64,000 nt of DNA from Nemertoderma westbladi. Its lineage: Eukaryota; Animalia; Xenacoelomorpha. The notes under the pieces are model-generated. The model did no database searches, was not told where the DNA came from, and saw only the letters and a program-made list of their open reading frames with translations. The position numbers and the translations under genes were made by a program. Positions 1 through 9,265 of the stretch are shown here, piece by piece (the stretch's first letter is position 1; every line of letters starts with the position of its first letter). The DNA is taken from assembly GCA_032718475.1 (NCBI GenBank), contig JAUCBJ010008661.1, positions 62,001 to 126,000 on the forward strand. Direction: 5' to 3'.

Positions 1-1
1 A

Positions 2-1902
2 TGGCCTCCTCACCTTACTACGGCGGAAATTAGACAAGCCAAGGGAGCGGAGACCGTCAAACCTAAAACCCGGGCGAGTAAATCGAAGTTATTTAAACCG
101 ACTATCGATCTATCTGTATTACATGTTTCCGAAAACGATGATTTGGATCCACAATCCCTCGCTATAAATAAGTCTGTTGCGGAAATTCGAGATAGAGATT
201 GGAAATCTGGAATACCAGACGTCTCGCAAGGAATCTCACCCCTGCTGCAGAGAGCGATGCATCACTACAGTTCCTGGAATCGGCTCTGTAAAGCCGTCAC
301 ATATTTAAAGAGATGCTTTCATCATCAATACTCCAGGGCGAAGACCACTAGTGATAACGCTCCATTGACATCTGCACAAGTTCATGTTATTAAAAACTTA
401 CCTAAATATAAGGTGTCTGACAGTTTTCTAAAGTGAAAATTAGTCACCAGGAGCATGAAGAGACTAATAAACAGATACTGAGACTCCTGCAATGCTATGA
501 GGATTCCGAAAAGTATTTCCTGTTGTTGAGAAATCCGCAGATGCGCTTAAGGGATCGATTCTCTAGCACAATGATAGATGGGTTAATACGTGTTGTAGGA
601 AGGCTAACCAATGCACCCTTATCCTTTGACACTAAATTCCCCATACTCATTAGAAATCTTGAAGTACAAATCAAGATGATTGTAGATGTTCACAGTAAGC
701 TTTATCATGCTGGAAGAGAACGAGTTCTTAGCGAAATTCGAACTCGCTATTATTTTGATAAACCCCGTAGGGCTCTGAACCAAGTTCTTAGGAACTGCAT
801 ACCCTGTAGGAAAGCATTCAGTAGGCCTTTAACACAGCGAGAGGCAGAATTACCTAGGGAACGAGTAAGCTTCTATGAACCACCTTTTACTAATACTGGT
901 GTAGATTTATTTGGCCCTATTGAAGTATATCGTGCGAGGACTATAGTCAAGAGATGGTGTGTCATCTTCGTGTGCATGACTTGCAGAGCCATCCATCTCG
1001 ATATGGTGAACGATCTATCTACCAACAGTTTCGTCTTAAGTTTACGACGACAGATCGCTCGCTTCGGTACGAGTAATACCATGAGATCGGACAAGGGAAC
1101 GAACTTCATTGGTGCCAACAACGAAATACAGGCCTACGTAAAGGACTGGAACCAAAGACAGGTGGATGACCAGCTAAGGATAACAGCGTCTAGCTGGACC
1201 TTCAACGCCGCCGACGCCCCTTGGTGGGGAGAAAGTTGGGAGAGATTAATTAGAAGTGTTAAGACCGCATTTCACTTTATAGTGCCATGCCGTGCGTATC
1301 TCACCGACGAACTTTTGCGGACGTTAATGGAGGAAATAGCTGCCTATCTCAACGAGAGACCGCTTATGCCAGTCTCATCGAGTCCCGATTCCCTGGAAGC
1401 GCTAACACCTGCGCACTTCCTACTGAAGAAACCGGTAGCCATGCTCCCACGATCGGAGATTGCCGACGGAGACGAATACTGCCGTCGAACTTGGCAACTT
1501 ATGCAGTTGCTATCCCGTCGTTTCGCTGACCATTTCGAGAAACATTACCTGCCCACGCTACAACTTCGAACTAAGTGGTTTGCGCAGCAGGAAAACGTCA
1601 GCGCCGGAGATATGGTACTTATTGTAGATCCAGACCTCCCACGTAAACGGTGGCAGACTGGTCGTATCATCGAGACCCATATCTCGGAGGATGGTTTAGT
1701 GCGTTCAGTAGAACTCATCGTTATGCGGCGTAACTTCAAGAAGCCTGGCATAATCTTTGAGACGCAACAACTCAATCGCCCAGTTGGTCGTTTATGTTTA
1801 CTGGAAAGAGACAGAGAACTCTCTGGAAACTATGGAAGACAAGACACTCTTCCCACGACCACCTCCCTAATTCCTCAAACATCTAGGGACTCCCAAACCT
1901 GA
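2..1902 (+). pseudogene. pol: BEL/Pao pol C-terminus (integrase Zn-binding HHCC, DDE core, C-terminal domain), frameshifted near 433
   Basis: Motifs H-x4-H...CIPC, GVDLFGP, SDKGTNF, APWWG.SWERL, LNERPL, LTPAHFL, W..GRI....DG.VR are typical of BEL/Pao. Compared with copy B there is a 1-nt loss at ~433, and conserved glycines are substituted (VGGRL>VVGRL, WWGG>WWGE). Confidence 0.93.
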
Positions 1903-1906
1903 TACG

Positions 1907-1920
1907 TCTGGAGTGGGTGT
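1907..1920 (+). promoter_or_regulatory. PPT-like motif directly after the pol stop (TCTGGAGTGGG-TGT)
   Basis: Resembles the true 3' PPT/LTR junction TCTGGGAGCGG-TGT (7843-7856) and is conserved in copy B (13595-13608, - strand). Confidence 0.45.
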
Positions 1921-2089
1921 ATGACTATGTTATTTATCTATTTTATTACATTTTATATGCGAACTTTATTATGTACTTTATTATAATCGTTTTTATTCAA
2001 TTTTTATTTAGTAGAATGTTATTTTAGGGATTATTTAGTAGATTAGTGCAATATATTAGTGTTTATTACGTACATAATTACTATAATAT

Positions 2090-3480
2090 ATATTTAGTGC
2101 GACGGCGAGAAATAATTATTTTTCTCTTCCCTTACTGTCCGTATCATATTATAAATACGTGACTACAGTAAGATGAAATGTCCGTACTTCTTAAAGTACA
2201 ATAAAGCCACTACTATATTTAAGTATTATTGGTAGGCAGAGTATTAGGAATGCAAAGTTCAGATCCTCGTGTCTCGGCTAAACCAAGCTCTGGGTAGACC
2301 TTGGAAACGACTTGCCTCTTCACACTGACATTGCTTCGTGCGATATTGCTCTTCTACCTTATAACAAATAATACATATAGTAGCGTGATGTCCCTCTAAC
2401 AGTAGCGTAAATCGCAAATAAATCTGTTAAACTTTTTGACCATCTGTAATTCTAGTCGATTAAGATATCGTGGCACCCACCGATATACTTGAAAGACAAA
2501 TTCTAGAATCAGTGGTTAACGTCCCCAGACAAGTTCTGGAATAAATCGGTGCTCATCCTAAATATTAATTTAATATTTATTAAAATCTGTAAAATCCCGA
2601 TCCTTTAAAATTTCTAGTCAATTAAGATATCGCAGTATTTACCGATATTCTTAGGAGGACTATTTTATAGAATTAAGGATCCTAAGTCCCCAGATATGCT
2701 CTGGAATAAAATTTGTCAATTTAACATCAAATAATAAAATTCACGGGAATAAATTTAAATTCATATTCAAATGAATTTCATAAATTGTCATTTTGTGCAA
2801 TTTATAACATTCCCAAAATTCCAGTAATTAATAGATCATGGGAGCGGAGATTCATATTGAGTGTACTAGAGTGCGAGAATCTCCAACATATAGTCAATAG
2901 CCGATAAAATTTATAAAATCATGCATAAAGAGGATATTGACAATTAAAGAATTACTATTAAATAGCATCCCAGATCTGTATGCATGAGAATTACCCTAAT
3001 TCTACCGCTAGTTTTCCATAATGTCACCATGGCAACACCCACGCTAGAATTAGAAGCAAGTTAAAGGAACAATAAAAAGCTTGCCCCATTGCGTAGCATA
3101 AGAGTATACATAGCGCACTATTAGTATCCAAGGATACATAGTAATAACGTGACATTCTGGAAGACACTGATTAACGGACAAATGGCCTGCATGTGTGCAG
3201 TAAGTAATGATTGTATGGAATTTGTGCGTTTATAGGTGAATGTTACTACTAAAGTGTGTTTACAGTAGCTAATCGCAATTGTAAAGTAGCCCTAACTCTA
3301 CCGAGATAACCTCAAGTGGATTCAAGCCTTTGGGACGGACAGTGGTGGGACTTGTGCCGGTTATCGTTGTCGTGCTGTTGCTACATGTTGGCGTAAACAC
3401 CGCGACGACGGTACATCGGCGCTGAGAAACCCACTGTCCGGGGGCAAAGCCTAGTAGGCAGCGACGCCCGCTTGCCTAAA
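2090..3480 (+). ncRNA. Conserved structured RNA region (pol-accessory ORF spacer), function unknown
   Basis: Many inverted repeats are retained in copy B: 2131-2172, 2466-2486, 2846-2883, 2996-3052, 3117-3143, 3336-3440 and 3455-3478. There is an 84-bp block identical between copies and compensatory substitutions in the 3336-3440 stem. Confidence 0.62.
2420..2710 (+). repeat. Two-copy ~162-bp diverged tandem duplication inside the spacer
   Basis: TCTAGTC(G/A)ATTAAGATATCG...CGATAT...GTCCCCAGA...CTGGAATAAA occurs at ~2451 and ~2613; both copies are also present in element B (~12735-12860 and ~12965-13090). Confidence 0.85.
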
Positions 3481-3520
3481 TATTAACTCATATTGATATT
3501 AATAAACTCAGATAGCAGAT

Positions 3521-6500
3521 ATGACGGAATTGATAGAAGATGACCTTGGTATCAGGGAGCGATATACTCTACCTTTACAAGCGTTTGTGGATAGCTTGAT
3601 ACGCGGTGAAGCCGATCCGACTATTACGGAGGACGATGGTCGTTATATCGAACCGCCGATGTCCCAGGAACAACTTACGCATGAATTGGACTATAGAAAA
3701 TTCACCGCTCGCTATACGAATCGTAATGGTACGTATATGGACTTCTTAACTACCGGCCATCCTACCGATTTACATGATACGGAAGATGTAGACACCGAAA
3801 GGGAAATGGTTTTATTTAAATATCATGCCCAGCGGAATCGTAATGATAAACCGAGAATAGAACACGAGAACTCTATTCGCAACCTACTCGACAGAGAAAA
3901 CGTTGAAGAACCCGATAAGCGCATCAACTTCAACGACTACTTGGAATTTTTGAGAGAAACCTATCTCAATATTGCCAGTCAACAGAACCTAGAGACTCGA
4001 TATCCTCAAGGTATACATCACGATCCCATGGTAGAACTCAAACGACTCTATTTCACCATGATGTATCTTACCTCAGATCGTCCACTGCCTGTTGTCCCAG
4101 ACAGCTTTGAACAAATGGAAGAGTATTGCAAAACTGGAGAACGATCACCCGCGTTTCCTCTGCAGGATGTACGTCTTTGGTATTATTGTGACTCATGCCC
4201 TAGACCTAACCAGCAAACGGAAAGACATAAACATCTGCGAAGACGTTGTGTTAAACACAGTTTTACGCGTTATACTTACGGGAGTTGCGAGCGAAACCTG
4301 TTCGACGTATCACCTACGATCGCCCGTCTAAAACGATCGCTAAATAAACCCATGATCAGAGTTCCGGAATACTCGGTCAGGCCTCCTCATTCCCCAGTGA
4401 GACCTCAAACTCTTGATCCTAACAGTATCACTGATCCTCCCGAGTTATACTCACTGTTCAAAGATTTGGTGTTACCCGAGCAGTTAATCGGTGGTGTTCC
4501 AGCGGTAGGTTCGTTAGATATTCGACCATCCTATTTAACCGGATTGGGACGCGGGCATCTAACATCGCCATTTAATCCTTACAATCGGCCAGGATTAACT
4601 CCGATACAACCTGCCACGGAAGTCGAGGAGAGTGTCATCAGAAACGCTTTAGACGCCATCCGACAGAAAATCGGAAAGGGAACACAGGATTTTCTAGAGA
4701 AACGTAAATTACAGCAGCAGGTCCAATCGGTGAAAGAGTTAGCCTTGCCGCAGTTTGATAGAGAAATCCAAAACCTCGAAGAGGACATCGAGCTTGGACG
4801 TACGTATTCTCTACAGGAGTTTCTAGAAGAACGCTTACAGAAACAAGCGGAGGAAAATCAACTAGAGGAGAAACATACGGAAATGGATGAGAGAGAAGAA
4901 GCCGCTTTAGCCCAACCCGAAGCTCAGATACTCATAACCGATCTCTACTCTAAAACCGTCCGTCATCCATCGATGGTTCCGCATTTCGGAGACAAACTTT
5001 TTGCAAAGATACAACCCCAACCGGTTGATATCAGCATAAGATCGCAAAATCTTATCGCTGACGCTCCTATGTTACAGCGTCCGCCAATCGAGGCCGCTCG
5101 AGTTGACGGTATACTCGTTGAACCTCCGGACAATCGAGCGGATCTTATCCGTCGTATGGTACACGATGTCAACATACGCGCTAGACCTTTACAGAACTCT
5201 TTTTATGGAATTAAAGACCACCCTTATTACGTTAATCTGACTCAATATTATATGGTAAAACCAGAAGATCCGACGCATAATTTAAAGTTTCTACCACTAA
5301 TAAATCCTCTGGACATTGTCGAACTCGAACAATTGCAAAAACATCTGGATCAGTTAGTAAAGGTAAACTCATTTCGAAAACCATATAACGTTTCTCGAAT
5401 AGAGAAGGATACAGAACCTCCTTATAATCTCGATGGATTTATTAAAACTCGATTAGTCCATTGGAATCTAGACGTATTATTCGAGGAGGAGAAAATACAA
5501 AGATATGGAAATGTGGAGACGTATACCACTCGATACATGAAGTATAGTGATCTCCCTGACGCTAATCAATGCGCCACCTTGTGGCATCCAGTAGGGATGA
5601 CCCTCGAGAACGCCACCAAAGAGTGGAATGAAACTCTTAATATCATTGAGATGTATGGCGTTGTTACTTACGATAACGAAGGTAGCGTTCCAATCGGAGA
5701 ATTAGGAACTACGCGCATGATACACATACGCGGATTAGCTGGTTCCACTCACGTGTTTACGCGAGCGTGTTCAGACGTGATCGATTATTCCTTTGAAACT
5801 CTCACCGAAACGCAAAAGAATCTCCGACATGGACAATTCGAACTGGCGCAGCGTTACGTCATTGACACCGAACGCAAACCGGCCATGGGTATCGATGGAT
5901 CGATGTTACCCCAGCCCGTTCTCGAGATGTTATTCAACGAAAGAATCATTAAAATCGGCTCAGCTGTTTACGGAGATCTCCAAAACGACTTTCGGAATAT
6001 GGAAAATATCCCCTATCCTTTCGTGGATACTCAGCTGATAGCTCCTTGGGCCGAAGGTCGAGGTTTCTTTCGCACCATGTATGCTAATGCATCTAGCAAC
6101 ATTACAAAGGTGCAACGAACTTCCATCGGACATCTTGCTTTTCAGGAATACGGATGGAATTTCAAGGTCGGAAATCCCATCAACTATCAACAAGTATACG
6201 GAGACCATTATTCTCGATTATACTTTGACGGACCGTTGACCGCACCTGGCGCTGTGTATAGCTTCATGAGTGTTCCACTCCGCCCCTCCTTAGCTATCTA
6301 CACGATCTTCGAAAACACCGCACTTTCCGGTTGGCTAGCCGATGTGTGCAGTCGTACTATACGCGCCCATCCATTAATCCTTGGGACCAAACTCGCTAAG
6401 CTAGATGAACATAATAAATTCATCCGCTTTGAATGTTTCCGACGATTTTTAACCCCGTTTCGCAACGTGGATAGCCAATTCAAAGACCGCGCTTTGACCA

Positions 6501-6811
6501 AGCTCAGCTTAAGAGATTCGGCTGTGGAGAAGTTAGATAGCGCTGGATTTGCTATTTTCAAAGACATTTGTATAATAAACCTGCACTCCTCTGTTATCCA
6601 AAGACCTCGAATCCCCACAGGTTATTCTGTCGTGGAAATTCAGACGGTAGGTCCACTTGAGGAGACGGCCATGCCTACCTCAACTATACAAGGGGAAGAC
6701 GAACCCATATGTTTAGAATCTGAAGAGATTCAGCCCCCCACGTCTCGGAGTAGCGATAGCGACTACATATTGGAATGGTATCAAGGTCCACATGTGTCTT
6801 ACTGCGTATGA
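3521..6811 (+). CDS. Retrotransposon accessory protein, N-terminal part: putative CxxC..H..C Zn finger, coiled coil, DEDDy-type (WRN/EXD/RNase D-like) 3'-5' exonuclease domain (~5600-6340)
   Basis: 1096-aa ORF. ExoI-like VVTYD718NE720G; LPQPVLEMLFNERIIKIGSAVYGD819L (ExoII); FVDTQL; SIGHLA..YG; ExoIII-like PLRPSLAIY927TIFE931. Differences from copy B are mostly synonymous in the stretch checked (4331-4430). Confidence 0.78.
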   Translation: MTELIEDDLGIRERYTLPLQAFVDSLIRGEADPTITEDDGRYIEPPMSQEQLTHELDYRKFTARYTNRNGTYMDFLTTGHPTDLHDTEDVDTEREMVLFKYHAQRNRNDKPRIEHENSIRNLLDRENVEEPDKRINFNDYLEFLRETYLNIASQQNLETRYPQGIHHDPMVELKRLYFTMMYLTSDRPLPVVPDSFEQMEEYCKTGERSPAFPLQDVRLWYYCDSCPRPNQQTERHKHLRRRCVKHSFTRYTYGSCERNLFDVSPTIARLKRSLNKPMIRVPEYSVRPPHSPVRPQTLDPNSITDPPELYSLFKDLVLPEQLIGGVPAVGSLDIRPSYLTGLGRGHLTSPFNPYNRPGLTPIQPATEVEESVIRNALDAIRQKIGKGTQDFLEKRKLQQQVQSVKELALPQFDREIQNLEEDIELGRTYSLQEFLEERLQKQAEENQLEEKHTEMDEREEAALAQPEAQILITDLYSKTVRHPSMVPHFGDKLFAKIQPQPVDISIRSQNLIADAPMLQRPPIEAARVDGILVEPPDNRADLIRRMVHDVNIRARPLQNSFYGIKDHPYYVNLTQYYMVKPEDPTHNLKFLPLINPLDIVELEQLQKHLDQLVKVNSFRKPYNVSRIEKDTEPPYNLDGFIKTRLVHWNLDVLFEEEKIQRYGNVETYTTRYMKYSDLPDANQCATLWHPVGMTLENATKEWNETLNIIEMYGVVTYDNEGSVPIGELGTTRMIHIRGLAGSTHVFTRACSDVIDYSFETLTETQKNLRHGQFELAQRYVIDTERKPAMGIDGSMLPQPVLEMLFNERIIKIGSAVYGDLQNDFRNMENIPYPFVDTQLIAPWAEGRGFFRTMYANASSNITKVQRTSIGHLAFQEYGWNFKVGNPINYQQVYGDHYSRLYFDGPLTAPGAVYSFMSVPLRPSLAIYTIFENTALSGWLADVCSRTIRAHPLILGTKLAKLDEHNKFIRFECFRRFLTPFRNVDSQFKDRALTKLSLRDSAVEKLDSAGFAIFKDICIINLHSSVIQRPRIPTGYSVVEIQTVGPLEETAMPTSTIQGEDEPICLESEEIQPPTSRSSDSDYILEWYQGPHVSYCV

Positions 6812-7775
6812 TTATCGCTATGCCAATTATGTTTCTCGACAACATTGTCGGCTGTGCGCATCGAGAGACCATATTACGTCTATGGACACCAACGATCTCT
6901 GTTCCTATTTCCACGAGCAACCGTCGATGGAAATCTATTGTGCATATTGTCGGCTTAATAATTTGCACATTTTTGCTGTCTGCCCCCAATTTATGACTCA
7001 ATGCCATCATTGTCAATTAAAAGGACACGCCAGCTTTGATTGTCCCTTTAATCATGATTTAGAGAGCGTAGATGAAATGATTGTACTACGTTATATCAGA
7101 GCTTGGGAAGCGAACGCTGATTTACATTGTGATTCACGCCATCGCTATTACCCTGGACGCGCTTACGAAGGAGTTTATGCGTTCCATCCTTATTTGTTTG
7201 CCTCCGTCGAGCAGAAATCACGCCTATCAAGTTATGAACTACTGAAGCGCGTTGGAGAATGTATTTCAACCAAATATGTACGCAAATTTCTCAGGAGCAT
7301 TAATCCGAGTGACATCTATTCTTACAACTTAATAAACTTTATCCGTCAAGATCCTGCCTATGGAGACTTATTTGTCAACTCACACCCCGAGTTACAGGAA
7401 GTATATCGACGGCCTTACGAGTACCGAGCCCGCGAACGCGAGTTGGAAAGAACCATTAAACCAAGGAAGTTTCTAACTGCCTATGGTCCACCCACGGCCC
7501 TCGTTCAGACCTCTCGTAAAGGACCCGTAAGAGCGGCTGTCTTGAAACGAGCTCTCAAAGCCGTTAGACCCCTCTCCCCGGACGTTGATGTCAATCAACC
7601 CGGTACTTCTACCGGCGGATATACCGATCGTAATCCCATACCTTCTGATGCAATCATATTGCACCCTTCACCCAGGAGTTATAGCCCTCCTCGTAAAGTG
7701 GCTCGCCCCAAAGAGAAAAGGACTCTTGCTAGCTTTAAAAAACTGCGTAAACGCCGTCCGCACAAGAAAGACTAA
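6792..7775 (+). CDS. Accessory protein C-terminal part: three CCHC-type zinc motifs and a basic (NLS-like) tail; probably continuous with 3521-6811
   Basis: Motifs CRLCASRDH..C, CAYCRLNNLHIFAVC and CHHCQLKGHASFDC; ends KKLRKRRPHKKD. This frame is open from 6717, and removing one C from the C6 run at 6734-6739 fuses both ORFs into ~1417 aa. Confidence 0.75.
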   Translation: MCLTAYDYRYANYVSRQHCRLCASRDHITSMDTNDLCSYFHEQPSMEIYCAYCRLNNLHIFAVCPQFMTQCHHCQLKGHASFDCPFNHDLESVDEMIVLRYIRAWEANADLHCDSRHRYYPGRAYEGVYAFHPYLFASVEQKSRLSSYELLKRVGECISTKYVRKFLRSINPSDIYSYNLINFIRQDPAYGDLFVNSHPELQEVYRRPYEYRARERELERTIKPRKFLTAYGPPTALVQTSRKGPVRAAVLKRALKAVRPLSPDVDVNQPGTSTGGYTDRNPIPSDAIILHPSPRSYSPPRKVARPKEKRTLASFKKLRKRRPHKKD

Positions 7776-7842
7776 CTGTTTAGAGTATTTTTATATTTTA
7801 GAAACTGTGATTTTGTATATTTTATAGACTTAAATCCCATTT

Positions 7843-7853
7843 TCTGGGAGCGG
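7843..7853 (+). promoter_or_regulatory. Polypurine tract of copy A
   Basis: TCTGGGAGCGG lies immediately before the TGT LTR start; identical in copy B (10302-10312, - strand). Confidence 0.75.
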
Positions 7854-9060
7854 TGTAAAAGCTTTTGTGGGATAACTGATTCGTTTGCCTTGCTGGCCAG
7901 TTCCCCCCCGGTCGCTAGAATACTCTAAAAGGGATCTATAGCTAAAATAGTGCAAGCTACCAGCTTATTGGCTGATATGCTGTACGAAGGTATCTGGGTT
8001 CTGTTCGATCGGCCAACCAGCTTAGGGAGGTTGCCTCAGCCCTGCTGTCCGTATCGGCCAATAGAATTTGAGTGGGCGTTGATTTTGACCTATCCCAGAG
8101 CTACTGAACTGAATTTCCTATCTGTATGCTCATCCTCTGTGTTGGACGGGAGCTTCGGGGAATAAGGGTAGTTGGTATCCTCGTATAGTCAGGTAGTCAT
8201 ATGATTCTTTATATGATTCTGTTGTTGTGTTCCCATTTTTCGCCAGACCACCGGCTTTGGGAAGAACTCTAGTAAAACTGCTTAAATTATCGAAAGTATA
8301 ACTGTTATCTAACTGGTCTAATTAACTCACTATTAATCATATAATTCTCCCGAACTTTACTTATTAATTATATTGTTTGTACTGCTATTTACCGTCAGTT
8401 ATTAATTGTATCGATTTGTTGAGGAAATATTGCTCTTTGGAGAATACTGATAAATCACCCAAAATTCCCAATTTTCTTGATACACTACAGGTTAGAGAGA
8501 CAGGCTATACATAACAATTGCGATTTATATCAATGTGGTGTGTATTGAATCTAATGTTATTTAGCAGACCCTACATGAGTCAATTGCTGCTCTCTTTATG
8601 TGTGATCAAATTTACTGACGGTCGGCAGAATAGTGTGCATGATTGTGATTGGTAACAAAGCATTTCCTAAAGAATGCGCCTTATACTTTAATCATAAGCA
8701 GTATCGTTGCGTTTAGTATAAGTCCTAGCTCTGTTTAAATAGATAGAGCGCCACGTCCTAAAGGAACTGTTAATATTTCCCGAAAGCTAATAATATCTGT
8801 CAGAAATTACATATTAGTGATCAATCGAATAATACAGTAGGTTTACACTGCAATCTTACACTGCAATAATAATAATTTAAGCATCCGAATTCAGCCTCCC
8901 GGGTGTATCCATCGGGTGAATGATCGCGCATGGGCTGGCTTCGGTTAATGTTTTGTTTATTAGCATAAAATATTGTCGTATGCTAAAGGTGTTTTAATGA
9001 ACTAAAAGACATATAAATTTTGGCAGGTTAAACTGCTAAAGGTCTTCAAAAGCGCGAACA
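7854..9060 (+). repeat. 3' LTR of copy A (~1.2 kb, TG...CA)
   Basis: Starts TGTAAAAGCTTTTG and ends AAAGCGCGAACA. Homology with 18600-19460 (reverse complement) stops exactly at the CA. Confidence 0.88.
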
Positions 9061-9201
9061 GCACTGATTTGCTTCGCTTGTAAAACGAAGTCACTATACC
9101 ACGACAAAGTTTTCAATGCCAACTACTACTTAACACGCAATGCTGTCAATAGTTATAGCGGCTGGTTTTTTCAAACTCCTCGCCTCCTGTAAAAATGTAT
9201 A

Positions 9202-9242
9202 AATGGAACATGTTTTACATTAAATGTAAAACATGTTCCATT
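9202..9242. repeat. 41-bp palindrome (20-bp perfect arms, 1-nt centre)
   Basis: AATGGAACATGTTTTACATT-A-AATGTAAAACATGTTCCATT. Confidence 0.9.
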
Positions 9243-9265
9243 CATTTAAATTAAATAAAGCAGAT

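Larger units (their letters stand above)
1..9060 (+). mobile_element. BEL/Pao LTR retrotransposon, copy A (3' part: integrase, structured spacer, accessory ORF, PPT, 3' LTR)
   Basis: BEL/Pao-type integrase motifs; PPT followed by a TG...CA LTR at 7854-9060 that is homologous to the LTR at 18600-19797; colinear with the reverse complement of 10084-15540. The 5' end lies outside the window. Confidence 0.93.

Noticed and set aside
2451-2510. Hammerhead ribozyme in the duplicated spacer module (stem followed by GAAA)
   Set aside because: No CUGANGA core, and the GAAA is not kept in the second repeat.
3521-7775. Accessory ORF as env or as a host gene
   Set aside because: No evident signal peptide or TM anchor; it is intronless, enclosed by pol and PPT/LTR, and shared by both element copies.
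873-7827. Short overlapping or antisense ORFs within pol and the accessory gene (also 14386-14643, 16193-16714, 26278-27722)
   Set aside because: Shadow ORFs of real coding frames with no recognisable motifs.
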